Made by a program: the position numbers and the translations under genes. The notes beneath the pieces were generated by a model. It saw nothing but the letters and a program-made list of their open reading frames with translations, was not told the origin of the DNA and did no database searches. Of a stretch of DNA of 24,000 nt, positions 1 through 9,080 are shown piece after piece; the stretch's first letter is position 1, and the number at the start of each line of letters is the position of its first letter. Where the stretch lies: positions 86,301 to 110,300 of the forward strand of contig NZ_KE387247.1 in assembly GCF_000430785.1 (NCBI RefSeq), written 5' to 3'. This stretch comes from Ectobacillus panaciterrae DSM 19096 (lineage in GTDB: Bacteria > Bacillota > Bacilli > Bacillales > Bacillaceae_G).

Positions 1-144
1 AGGATCAAAACGCTTTGTTCCTTGCAGATTTTTTTGTTGACCAATTTCTTGAACAACCTTTGCGCGTTCATTTAATAAGTGCAGTAACTGTAAGTTAATT
101 TCATCCACCTGTTTACGTAATTGTTCTAATTCATAATTTCCCAT
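1..144 (-). CDS. aroA: N-terminus of bifunctional chorismate mutase / 3-deoxy-7-phosphoheptulonate synthase (partial, runs off left edge)
   Basis: Minus-strand translation [48 protein letters not shown] matches the AroQ-type chorismate mutase N-terminal domain of Bacillus DAHP synthases. AGGAGG RBS just upstream of the ATG; T-boxes upstream. Confidence 0.75.
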   Translation of the reverse strand, partial: MGNYELEQLRKQVDEINLQLLHLLNERAKVVQEIGQQKNLQGTKRFDP

Positions 145-264
145 TGAAAAATCCTCCTTTGAATGTCTGAAATATATAATAAGGGATTGAAAAATCCTTA
201 TTTTCTGAATTTGATTGTTGCAGCAAAGTGTGACTGGAAACGATTCCTGGTGCGAAATATACAA

Positions 265-535
265 AAAAGTCCCTACTGATCCAATCAGTAGGGACGATGA
301 TTATCGCGGTACCACCCTAGTTGTAGACAAGTCTACCACTCATGTTTGTTAACGATCATTTGACCGTCTTTCCCTTCATAAAGGATGTTCCTTTACTACG
401 AAAAAGATGCTCCAGGATTGAAATTCGTGTTTATCTTTGTACTGGTTCACACCAACCACCAGCTCTCTGTTACAGGGAAACAACCACTACTCTGTTCCTA
501 TCATCACACATGTTATTTTATTGTCATAAGAAACC
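265..535 (-). promoter_or_regulatory. T-box riboswitch leader, gene-proximal copy
   Basis: Minus strand contains the T-box sequence AGGGTGGTACCGCG followed by a terminator hairpin GTCCCTACTG-ATTGGAT-CAGTAGGGAC-TTTTTT (269-295). Stem I-like AG bulge/distal region and GAAU-UUC-A specifier context. Confidence 0.93.
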
Positions 536-546
536 GCACATATACA

Positions 547-800
547 AAAAGTCCCTACTGATCCAATCAGTAGGGACGATGATTATCGCGGTACCACCCT
601 AGTTGTAGACAAGTCTACCACTCATGTTTGTTAACGATCATTTGACCGTCTTTCCCTTCATAAAGGATGCTCCTTTACTACGAAAAAGATGCTCCAGGAT
701 TGAAATTCATGTTTATCTTTGTACTGATTCACACCAACCATCAGCTCTCTAAAACAGGGAGATAAGCATTACTAAATTCCTTTCATTGCTTTCAATTTAT
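547..800 (-). promoter_or_regulatory. T-box riboswitch leader, distal copy (tandem duplicate)
   Basis: Same T-box, antiterminator/terminator (551-577) and specifier region as the proximal copy, offset by 282 bp. Confidence 0.92.
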
Positions 801-922
801 GAATATAATTTTCATATTTACTAAGTATGTCTTGTATTATAATATTTCATTTTCGAAATTGTCAATAACTTTTATGCTTTTAAGAGTATTAATTATTCTT
901 ATAGTGCGTTCATCAATGAAAC

Positions 923-1106
923 TATATATAAATGATTTATAATTTCGGCGTTTTCATTTGCTATTTCGAACAAAACGGCATTGGCACTTACTTCCTCTCT
1001 CTGGTTTGCCCCTGCATGGGCCACTATAAGGGTTTGACCGCTTCTGCACGCCGCCGGATGCTCTCGCCCCACTATAAAAAGCCGATTTTTTTATTCAGTT
1101 TTATAT
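923..1106 (+). repeat. MITE-like repeat, copy C (diverged)
   Basis: tatatataaatgatttataatttcggcg...ctctctggtttgcccctgcatgggccactataagggtttgaccgcttctgcacgccgccggatg...tttttttattcag..tatata aligns along its length with the 4137-4321 copy. Confidence 0.75.
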
Positions 1107-1214
1107 AGTATTGAATACAATAAGTATATTTTACTGAAACGAGGGCAAGTTCCCCGTTTACTCCACATGTGTTCTTGAATATATATATGTGGAGTAAGTA
1201 TTGCGAGGTGGAAT

Positions 1215-1862
1215 ATGAACTGCGGTGAACCGCTTTTAGAATATGCGGCTTTAGGTGATTCTCTTTCAGTCGGTGCAGGGACGATGTTGTTCGATCCGGG
1301 TTTTGTCGAATATTACTTGCAAATGAGCAGAAACGCTTTACAAAAGCGTATCAAACTATATAAGTTCGCCAAAAGCGGAGCGACCACGAAGGACGTACTG
1401 AACATGATACAGCACCCTTGTGTGGCCGAGGCAATCCGGCATGCAGATATCATAACAATTACGGCAGGCGGAAATGACCTGATTCGGGCGGCGCTGACGT
1501 TTCTGAAGGAACAGAATGAGGATGCGCTGTTTGACGCTCAATTCGCATGCACGGATAATCTATCAAGAATTCTCAATGCGATCGATGCTCTCGTCTTGGA
1601 GGAGGAAGGACCGTATATTGTAAGACTGGTAAACTTGTATAATCCTTTTCCGGGGCTTTCTCAAGCGAAAGAATGGATAGAACGCTTCAATACGCATATT
1701 GAAAGTTTTTCGGATATGCGGAATTTGAAGGTGGCAAATATATACGATGTATTTAAAGGAAACGAGAACAGACTCCTAGCTGCTGATGGAATTCATCCGA
1801 ACGGGAAAGGGTATTATCTCATGGCGGAAGAAATGCGGAAATTAGGCTATGAGTCTTTATGA
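1215..1862 (+). CDS. SGNH/GDSL-type lipase/esterase (LipC-like)
   Basis: GDSLSVG block near N-terminus, AGGNDL block, DGIHPNGKGY catalytic Asp-His block; GAGGTGG RBS. Confidence 0.88.
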   Translation: MNCGEPLLEYAALGDSLSVGAGTMLFDPGFVEYYLQMSRNALQKRIKLYKFAKSGATTKDVLNMIQHPCVAEAIRHADIITITAGGNDLIRAALTFLKEQNEDALFDAQFACTDNLSRILNAIDALVLEEEGPYIVRLVNLYNPFPGLSQAKEWIERFNTHIESFSDMRNLKVANIYDVFKGNENRLLAADGIHPNGKGYYLMAEEMRKLGYESL

Positions 1863-1884
1863 AACGTTTTTTATTATGAAAATT

Positions 1885-2200
1885 ATAGTAGTATGAGAGT
1901 GGTCAACGCCTGTCATCGTGCTGACGAAGCGCAATTTGTGCGAGGATTTGGCTGCGTTGCTCAAAGAGAAAAGCATTGCGTTTGATGTGGATATGTTTGC
2001 GGTGGACAGTGTAAGCGGCAACGGCATTGCTGACTTGCAGAGTTTTATACAGCCTGGAAAAACTGTTGTGCTCATCGGATCTTCAGGTGCGGGCAAGATT
2101 ACGATCATTGCCGGTATTCTTTTAACACCTTTGTTTTATAAAAAAGAAGGTGGACGAATCGTACGGGAGAGGCTGCCTGCAAAAGGACTAATGATGTCAG
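1885..2200 (+). pseudogene. Remnant of an RsgA (YjeQ/YloQ)-like circularly permuted GTPase
   Basis: TPVIVLTKRNLCEDLAALL...DVDMFAVDSVSGNGIADLQSFIQPGKTVVLIGSSGAGKITIIAGIL resembles the TKxDL / SxxxGxGxxxL / PGKTxxLxGSSGxGKST core. N-terminal OB fold and C-terminal Zn domain are missing; the P-loop Ser is Ile. Confidence 0.7.
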
Positions 2201-2313
2201 GTATCATCCTTGCCATTATGCAGTGGGAGCATGCTGCTCGTGATAATCGGCATGATTTTGGCACAGCTATGTTTCCCCGCCTAAGCAGCATACAAAACAA
2301 AATAGCGCATGAA

Positions 2314-2347
2314 AGAAGCCCTTCGTTATGAAAAAGGGCTTCTTTTT
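2314..2347. terminator. Rho-independent terminator hairpin
   Basis: agaagcccttcgttatgaaaaagggcttctttttt; arms AGAAGCCCTT/AAGGGCTTCT with flanking A/T runs, between convergent units. Confidence 0.75.
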
Positions 2348-2369
2348 TATGAATCTTATCAAGAAACGG

Positions 2370-3899
2370 CTACTCCAGCTTTTTTAAAGGTTTTTGGGCA
2401 GGGCCCTCTATTACATCTCCGTCAATGGAAAACCTGGATCCATGACAAGGGCAGTCCCAAGTTCTGTCTCCACGGTTCCATTCGACCTCGCAGCCTAAGT
2501 GGGTGCATGTGGTGTCGACGATATGCAGGACACCTTCATCATCTTTATAAGCACCGGCCCTTTTTCCGTCTACACGGACAACAGATCCTTCCCCGGTTAC
2601 CAGCTCTTCTGGTGTTCTAAGTGGGAATTCTAACTTGCCTTCAAGCAAGTGCTTGGCAACATCGCCGTTTGTCGTAAGAAAATGCTTGATGCTTGGATCG
2701 GCGGCAAAGCGGGATGGTGTGTACAGCTCTTTATACGGGTTATGCTTTTTCGTGATTAAATCTGTAATCAGCAAGGCAGCAGCAGTACTGCTTGTCATGC
2801 CCCATTTTCTGTATCCGGTTGCGACAAAGATGTTTGGGTGCCGATCGCTTAAATGCCCGATGTATGGAATTTTATCCAAAGTAATTAAATCTTGCGTCGA
2901 CCATCTGGATACATGCTTCTCAATCCCCAATACGTCTTCCCCGAAAGCTTCCAAAGCTTCATAATGTTTCATCGTGTCTATGCCTTGACCGGTTTTATGA
3001 CTTTCTCCGCCGACCAGTACAAGCTTTTCACCATTGATAGGGGTGGAACGCAGCGATCGTACCGGGTCATTCACACTTAAGTACATACCGCCCGGAAATT
3101 CCTTTTTTGTCTTTACCCCCAGCACATAAGAGCGCTCGGCATACATTCTTGTAAAATAAAAGGCTGGGTCATAGAACGGAAAGTGAGAACAGGAGACAAC
3201 ATAATCGCATGCAACCTTATGTCCGTCCCTTGTGATAACCCTCGGATGGCTTCCTTTCTCGACATCTACTGCTACAGTATGCTCATAAATAGCGCCGCCT
3301 GCTTCCACAAATGCTTTTGTAAGGTCTGTTAAATATTTAAGAGGGTGGAACTGAGCTTGTTTTTTCATAACGAGCGCAGCTGTCACTTTTATATCCAAAG
3401 GTATGCGCTCCAAAAACTCCCCGTTTATATCAAGCTTTGTGTATGCTTGAAACTCGCTCATAATTTTTTGTGCGTATTGTTCGCTGGTTGCATATAAATA
3501 GGCATCTTCCTCTGAAAAATCGCAGCTTATGTTCCTGTCCGCAATGATTTGTTTAACGAATTGCAGCGCGTTGCTGTTAGCTTCATAATATAATCGTGCC
3601 TTTTCTTTCCCGAAATGGCTAATTAGCTCATCGTAAATCAAATTATGCTGGGCTGTTATTTTAGCTGTCGTATGTCCGGTGGTGCCATTTAAAATTTTAT
3701 CGGCTTCCAATAGGGCAACCGTCAAACCTTCCTTTGCAAGCAAATAGGCGGTGGTAATGCCGGAAATTCCTCCTCCTATAACAGCTGCATCCACTTGTAT
3801 ATCTTGGGAAAGCTTAGGGAAAGAAGACAATTCTGCCGAATCTCTCCAATAGGGTTCTGGTGAATCCGACATTTCTTGCGATGTATCATCTCTGTTCAT
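2370..3899 (-). CDS. FAD-dependent (DAO-family) oxidoreductase with C-terminal Rieske [2Fe-2S] domain
   Basis: N-terminal Rossmann AAVIGGGISGITTAYLLAKEGLTVALLEAD; C-terminal Rieske motifs CTHLGCEVEWN and CPCHGSRF. Confidence 0.93.
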   Translation of the reverse strand: MNRDDTSQEMSDSPEPYWRDSAELSSFPKLSQDIQVDAAVIGGGISGITTAYLLAKEGLTVALLEADKILNGTTGHTTAKITAQHNLIYDELISHFGKEKARLYYEANSNALQFVKQIIADRNISCDFSEEDAYLYATSEQYAQKIMSEFQAYTKLDINGEFLERIPLDIKVTAALVMKKQAQFHPLKYLTDLTKAFVEAGGAIYEHTVAVDVEKGSHPRVITRDGHKVACDYVVSCSHFPFYDPAFYFTRMYAERSYVLGVKTKKEFPGGMYLSVNDPVRSLRSTPINGEKLVLVGGESHKTGQGIDTMKHYEALEAFGEDVLGIEKHVSRWSTQDLITLDKIPYIGHLSDRHPNIFVATGYRKWGMTSSTAAALLITDLITKKHNPYKELYTPSRFAADPSIKHFLTTNGDVAKHLLEGKLEFPLRTPEELVTGEGSVVRVDGKRAGAYKDDEGVLHIVDTTCTHLGCEVEWNRGDRTWDCPCHGSRFSIDGDVIEGPAQKPLKKLE

Positions 3900-4136
3900 A
3901 AAACAGCCTCCTCATCAAGAATGGTATTATATATTATTTTCTATTTTATGGAAAACATGTACCGTTTAAGGATGTTCAGAAAATTCTCGCAGCAGAATGA
4001 CATCGGGCTCTGACAGTTCTGGATTGTTGCGGTTGCTTGTTGTTAAAAAAACTTAAAATAATTATTTTTTTTAAGTTTTTTAAGTTTACTTTGTAGTTTT
4101 ATGAATATCAATCTTATATAATGATTTCATGATAAC

Positions 4137-4321
4137 TATATATGAGTGAATGATAATTTCGACATTTCCATGTGCTATGTGCAACTAAAAGGGAGTATTG
4201 CATGCTTCTTCTCTCTGGTTTACCCTTGCATGAACTACTACAAAGGTTTGAGCGCTTCTGCACGTCGCCGGATGATCTTTCCCTACTATCAAAAGACGGT
4301 TTTTTTATTCACTTGTATATA
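4137..4321 (+). repeat. MITE-like repeat, copy A
   Basis: Imperfect terminal inverted repeats TATATATGAGTGAAT ... ATTCACTTGTATATA; homologous to 923-1106 and inverted copies at 12945-13309. Confidence 0.8.
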
Positions 4322-4356
4322 TTTTAGTCAGAAGATTTATTAAGGAGCTTTAGATT

Positions 4357-5145
4357 ATGTATCAAGAACAAAGGCTGACATCGATAAAAACGTATTTGTC
4401 TTCTCATAAAAGCATTACGTTAGAAGAAATATGTGAAATGTTTAGTGTTTCAAAGGATACAGCAAGAAGAGATCTTGTAAAACTCGAAGAACGCGGGGGA
4501 ATCATAAGGATAAAGGGAGGAGCGACACTTCCATCCGCCAATCGGAATTTAATTGATTACAAAGAACGAAAAGCAACCGCAGGCAAAGAACGAATTGCAA
4601 AGAGCGCGTCTTTGTTTATTCACGATGATCATGATTTATTGATCGATACCTCTTCAACTGTCGCTCTTATGGCTAAGTTCATAGGAAACAAACATGTTAA
4701 TGTGATTACAAACTCCATTGATATGGTTGATTTATTAGGAGAGTATACGGATATTCAAACCTTTTTGCTGCCTGGAAAATTCAATAGGAAAAACAGAAAT
4801 GTAACGGGTCCCAGAACAATTGAGACACTGAACGACTACAAAGTTGATCAATTATTTCTTGGAGCATGCGGAATCAGCGGCGAAGGTGTTACCTCTCCCG
4901 ATGAGGAAGAAGCCTTTTTAAAGAAAAAAATGATGAGCTGTGCCCGGCAAGTCATACTGCTGGCTGATCGTTCAAAGTTTGAAAAGGAATTTTTGCACCG
5001 GGTTTGTGATATTACGGACATTGATGTGATTATTACAGATAAATACCCGGATGAAGCTGTAAAGGAAAAAATAAAAGAAAATAATATTCGTTTAATTGTT
5101 ACAGAAGATGAAGAAAGCGAGAGGGAACACAATGAGAAAAATTAA
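4357..5145 (+). CDS. DeoR-family transcriptional regulator
   Basis: N-terminal HTH (SITLEEICEMFSVSKDTARRDLVKLEERGGIIRIKGGA) and DeoRC sensor domain (VNVITNSIDMVDLL, LFLGACGIS, LLADRSKF). Confidence 0.92.
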   Translation: MYQEQRLTSIKTYLSSHKSITLEEICEMFSVSKDTARRDLVKLEERGGIIRIKGGATLPSANRNLIDYKERKATAGKERIAKSASLFIHDDHDLLIDTSSTVALMAKFIGNKHVNVITNSIDMVDLLGEYTDIQTFLLPGKFNRKNRNVTGPRTIETLNDYKVDQLFLGACGISGEGVTSPDEEEAFLKKKMMSCARQVILLADRSKFEKEFLHRVCDITDIDVIITDKYPDEAVKEKIKENNIRLIVTEDEESEREHNEKN

Positions 5146-6175
5146 GGTTGGTTTAGTTGGATACGGACTTTCAGGTGCTACATTTCACGCGCCCTTGTTG
5201 AGCGTTTTAGAGGAGTTTGAAATTGCAAAAGTCGTTAGTTCAAAAAAGGAAAACGTGCAGCAGGATTTGGGAGACGTGGAGGTGGTAAGCAGCTTAGAAG
5301 AGGTTCTTGAAGATGCAGCGATTGATTTAGTGGTTATTACGACACCGAGCGGTTTGCATTATGAAATGGCGAAACAAAGTTTAATGTCTGGAAAACATGT
5401 TGTCTTGGAAAAGCCGATGGTGGTAGAAACATGGGAGGCAGAGGAGCTCATTCGGATTGCTGAAGAAAAGAAGCTGCTTTTAAGTGTTTATCATAACAGA
5501 AGGTGGGATAATGACTATTTGACGGTCAAAAAACTTGTGAATGATGGCGCGCTTGGAGAAATCAATACATATCAGGTCCATTATGATCGCTTCAGACCAG
5601 TTGTAAGAGATAGATGGAGAGAAAAGCAAGGTCCTGGATCTGGCATGCTCTATGATTTAGGTTCGCATCTAATTGATCAAGCCTTACATTTGTTTGGCTG
5701 GCCACAATTCGTATTGGCGGATGTTTTTGCGCAAAGAGAGCGTGCAGAAACGGATGATTATTTCCATGTTATTTTAGGCTACGAGAAGCTGCGAGTCATT
5801 TTACATTCCGGCTCAATCGTTCCGAGTAACGGACCGCGTTTTCAGGTTCACGGAAGCAAAGGAAGCTTTATTAAGTACGGGCTTGATGGACAGGAAGCTG
5901 CGCTCAAAGCAGGCAAAAAGCCTGTCAATGACTCATGGGGCGCAGACGATCCGCAATTTTACGGTAAGCTGGTTACCATTGATGGAGAAAAAGAGAAACA
6001 CGAAACCATCCCAACATTACATGGATCGTATGTAATCTACTATAAAAAAATTGCCGAAAGTATACTTGAGGGCAAAGATGCTCCTGTCATTGCACATGAG
6101 GGATTATCAGTTATTAAAATCATTGAGGCAGCTCTTAAAAGCAATACAGAAAAGAAAGCGATATATGTAGAGTAA
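5132..6175 (+). CDS. Gfo/Idh/MocA-family oxidoreductase (inositol dehydrogenase IolW/YvaA-like)
   Basis: VGLVGYGLSGATFHAPLL Rossmann N-terminus, EKPMV motif, GSGMLYDLGSHLIDQAL. The start at 5132 overlaps the end of the upstream regulator gene, suggesting one operon. Confidence 0.88.
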   Translation: MRKIKVGLVGYGLSGATFHAPLLSVLEEFEIAKVVSSKKENVQQDLGDVEVVSSLEEVLEDAAIDLVVITTPSGLHYEMAKQSLMSGKHVVLEKPMVVETWEAEELIRIAEEKKLLLSVYHNRRWDNDYLTVKKLVNDGALGEINTYQVHYDRFRPVVRDRWREKQGPGSGMLYDLGSHLIDQALHLFGWPQFVLADVFAQRERAETDDYFHVILGYEKLRVILHSGSIVPSNGPRFQVHGSKGSFIKYGLDGQEAALKAGKKPVNDSWGADDPQFYGKLVTIDGEKEKHETIPTLHGSYVIYYKKIAESILEGKDAPVIAHEGLSVIKIIEAALKSNTEKKAIYVE

Positions 6176-6227
6176 ATCTTTCATTTTTCAACAACAATCA
6201 TTAAACCAGCCTTAGAAATAAATAAAC

Positions 6228-6257
6228 CCTGTCCACCAAGAGACAGGGTATTTTACT
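6228..6257 (+). terminator. Rho-independent terminator
   Basis: ACCCTGTC-caccaaga-GACAGGGT-attttac, downstream of the Gfo/Idh/MocA gene. Confidence 0.7.
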
Positions 6258-6355
6258 ATGTTTATGCGATTGTTGTAAGTATCGTTTTCATTCTAGATAT
6301 TTCTTACTATCAGAGCCTTTTTCTTGGCAAGCTATCCCTTATACAGAAACACTCT

Positions 6356-7126
6356 TTACCCTTCAATCACAAAAGTAAATTCCCTCTCTTTACGCTTGCT
6401 TCCTTCATACGCCCGTTCCACAAACCGAACATCCTCATGAGTCATAAACACAAGCGTTGAAGATCTCGTTCCATATTCCGGAGTTTGAATGAACAGCGGC
6501 GAAAGCTTTCGTTCCCATTCAAGGGAAACACCCGTACTTGGCAATTCTTCATCTGGGGCAGGATCTGCATGTTGCAAACTTGAAAATAAACATTCCTTCA
6601 TGTTTTCAGGTGAACCCTGTAGGCATCTTTTTAATCCTTCTTTTCCTTTGCGTACTTTTGGCCACGGCGTGTCCAACAAATGGTTACTCAGTCCATACAG
6701 CCCCGGTTCTAACAGTCGTATGTCGTTTTCCATGTTCGAATAATAGTAAAGGGAATGGAGATCCCCAACGATTAAGTTAAACCCAGGATATTGATCACGA
6801 TGCTGTTGAATGCTTTTCAAATAGCTTTGCGGCAGTTCTTCTCCTATTAGGAAACGGCTTACTAATTCTCCACGGGAACGCTTATTGTCTCTTACTTCAT
6901 TCGGGTCCCGATAATTTGTGAGAGCCGCGAAGCGCCCTTGTTTTGTTATTCCCATCCATGTTCCCATTTTTTCTAAATCCCTGCCTGCAAGCACATAGGG
7001 GGCATCTTCCCAGAAATGTGCCTGTGAGGTCGGTCTTTCATAAAACTCATCTCGATTGGCTGCAACAACCAAGTCATATTTTGAATCCATTTTATATGCG
7101 AAGTTTACTAAACACATCCATTTCAC
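6356..7126 (-). CDS. NRDE (TANGO2-like) family protein
   Basis: MCLVNFAYKMDSKYDLVVAANRDEFYERPTSQAHFW contains the NRDE motif; GTWMGITKQGRFAALTNYR. Start may be GTG 7126 or ATG 7117. Confidence 0.9.
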   Translation of the reverse strand: MKWMCLVNFAYKMDSKYDLVVAANRDEFYERPTSQAHFWEDAPYVLAGRDLEKMGTWMGITKQGRFAALTNYRDPNEVRDNKRSRGELVSRFLIGEELPQSYLKSIQQHRDQYPGFNLIVGDLHSLYYYSNMENDIRLLEPGLYGLSNHLLDTPWPKVRKGKEGLKRCLQGSPENMKECLFSSLQHADPAPDEELPSTGVSLEWERKLSPLFIQTPEYGTRSSTLVFMTHEDVRFVERAYEGSKRKEREFTFVIEG

Positions 7127-7318
7127 CTACTTCCACATTTCTTATTATTAATATGGTACCTTACAGATTAAGAATTGTATAATTTTTGCCTAAGGAGAAT
7201 AGATAAAAAAACAGCAGGTGTGCGGCGTCTACAAGCAAGTTGGTGGTTATCTAATTAACGTTTAATACGTAAGAAAGGAGCAGCAAAACTGCTCCTTTTC
7301 CTCTGGATGAATTCACTG

Positions 7319-7651
7319 TTATGGATTAGTGGTATTTCCTTCGATTTCTATCCAATCTTGAGACCATTTTCCCAGTTCCACGATGACGGGTTCTAAAGCA
7401 CGTCCTTTATCTGTTAGCGAATATTCAATTCGAACAGGGGTCTCTGGGAATACTTCTCGTTTTACAATTCCCTCCCTCTCCAAACCCTTTAGTCTCTCTG
7501 ACAAAACTCTTCCGCTGATGGGAAGTGCAGCTTCCATGGCACAAAAACGCTGGGTGCCGGAAAGAAGTTGATAAATAACTAAGATGGTCCAACGCTTACT
7601 AATGACATCTACACTTTTTTCGAATCTTGGACACAACAAGGATGGATCCAT
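7319..7651 (-). CDS. HxlR-family winged-helix transcriptional regulator
   Basis: MDPSLLCPRFEKSVDVISKRWTILVIYQLLSGTQRF...GRVLSERLKGLEREGIVKREVFPETPVRIEYSLTDKGRAL is the HxlR signature. Confidence 0.93.
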   Translation of the reverse strand: MDPSLLCPRFEKSVDVISKRWTILVIYQLLSGTQRFCAMEAALPISGRVLSERLKGLEREGIVKREVFPETPVRIEYSLTDKGRALEPVIVELGKWSQDWIEIEGNTTNP

Positions 7652-7801
7652 GAATTATCACCTCACTCTACAATTATTATATACTATATTTACTTTAAAT
7701 AATAAAATTATAAAATGCAATTATATTACTTGACATAATTTAATTACAAACATATACTTACTTACATAAAGTAACTAAGTGATCGTTGGAGATAGATGAT
7801 A

Positions 7802-7891
7802 TGGTTCCGTCTTTATTCTTAGCATATGGTGCTTCACTGTTGGCTATCGAAGATACTGGATATAAACAATTTCTTGAAATTATCAGATAAC
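7802..7891 (+). pseudogene. N-terminal stub of a class III extradiol ring-cleavage dioxygenase (YgiD/LigB-like)
   Basis: ATG-started MVPSLFLAYGASLLAIEDTGYKQFLEIIR then TAA; resembles the M-PSLFxAHGSPxLAIEDxxYxxFL N-terminus of that family. Confidence 0.55.
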
Positions 7892-7991
7892 AGATACAAT
7901 CGAAGGGCATTATCATTTTTATCTTTTATTAGATAGTTACGATATGTAAAAGTCTAGTTAAAAACAAATATTAAATAAAGAGGTGCTTTTA

Positions 7992-8363
7992 ATGAAGTGG
8001 ACTACAAGAGTTGTTCAGGGATTATTAGTTATTGGTTTCCTGATGTTTGGATTCATGAAATTAACAGGGAATGCGATGCAAGTACAGGCATTTACAAAGG
8101 TATACGGATATTCAGTAGCATTTATGTATGTGGTCGGTGCTCTTGAAGTGTTAGGCGCTCTTGGACTGTTGATTGGTTACTGGAAGCCGAAACTTGCAGC
8201 GTTTGCTTCTGGAGGATTGGTATTACTCATGGCAGGTGCGGCATTTACTCATTTGAAAGCAGGTCAAGGAATGGGAATCGCTATAATGCCGCTCATTTTT
8301 CTTGTACTATCTCTTCTTGTATTTATCGGTAGACTATCGGCTTTAAAAAATACAAAGCAATAG
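7992..8363 (+). CDS. DoxX-family membrane protein (CatD-like)
   Basis: MKWTTRVVQGLLVIGFLMFGFMKLTGN.. and TM helices typical of DoxX; ATG at 7992 has an AGGTG RBS (track ORF starts at 7983). Confidence 0.82.
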   Translation: MKWTTRVVQGLLVIGFLMFGFMKLTGNAMQVQAFTKVYGYSVAFMYVVGALEVLGALGLLIGYWKPKLAAFASGGLVLLMAGAAFTHLKAGQGMGIAIMPLIFLVLSLLVFIGRLSALKNTKQ

Positions 8364-8366
8364 TTA

Positions 8367-8918
8367 AGGGAGGTAACAGATCATCTTGTAAGCGAAGCTC
8401 TTTATTTAGCTGACCCTGATGGAAATGGGATTGAAATTTATGTAGACCGACCATCTTCGACCTGGAATTGGAAAAACGGTGAAGTGGTAATGGCAACCGA
8501 ACCATTAGATGCAGAAAACCTTCTTGCGGAGGGACAAGGGAAGCCCTGGAACGCTCTTCCCGCTGGTACATTAATGGGACATATTCATTTACATGTTTCT
8601 GAATTACAAAAAACAGAAGAATTTTATAATAAGGGTCTTGGGTTTGATGTTGTGAATCGCTATGATAATCAGGCACTCTTTATTTCATCTGGTAGATACC
8701 ATCATCATATAGGTCTAAATACATGGAATGGAGTAGGTGCGCCTACGCCTTTAGAAAACAGTGTCGGATTAAAATGGTTTTCCCTTGTACTTCCAAACCA
8801 GGAAGCTAGAAAAAAAGTGGTAGAACAATTACAGAAAATCGGTGCTTGGGTAAAAGAGGAACATGGTGTTTTCCTTACGAAAGACCCTTCGGGGAATCAC
8901 ATTCAATTACGGGTTTAA
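8367..8918 (+). pseudogene. 5'-truncated catechol 2,3-dioxygenase/glyoxalase (VOC), CatE-like
   Basis: In-frame DHLVSEALYLADPDGNGIEIYVDRPSSTWNW..., then the complete C-terminal VOC domain GHIHLHVSELQKTEEFYNKGLGFDVV...YHHHIGLNTW. The first ~100 residues of the family are absent. Confidence 0.75.
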
Positions 8919-9080
8919 TGTCGTAATTTAAAAAACATATATTCAAGGCTTATTTGGATCAAGATATGCTCAGGAACTGTTTAAGGCAATTCTTTTATCT
9001 ATGTCTAAACTAATACCGACGAAATCACTACATGAAATAGATCATTTAGTCACAAATTAATTAAAAAAAGGATGGTACTC

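Noticed and set aside
342-602. 86-aa plus-strand ORF
   Set aside because: Lies entirely across the two minus-strand T-box leaders; the reading frame is a by-product of structured RNA sequence.
4146-4343. 65-aa ORF (MNDNFDISMCYVQLKGS...) and its relative at 13009-13296 minus
   Set aside because: The proteins are similar only because both lie within copies of the MITE-like repeat; no RBS or family match.
4848-5132. 94-aa minus-strand ORF
   Set aside because: Antisense shadow of the DeoR regulator with low-complexity Ser content.
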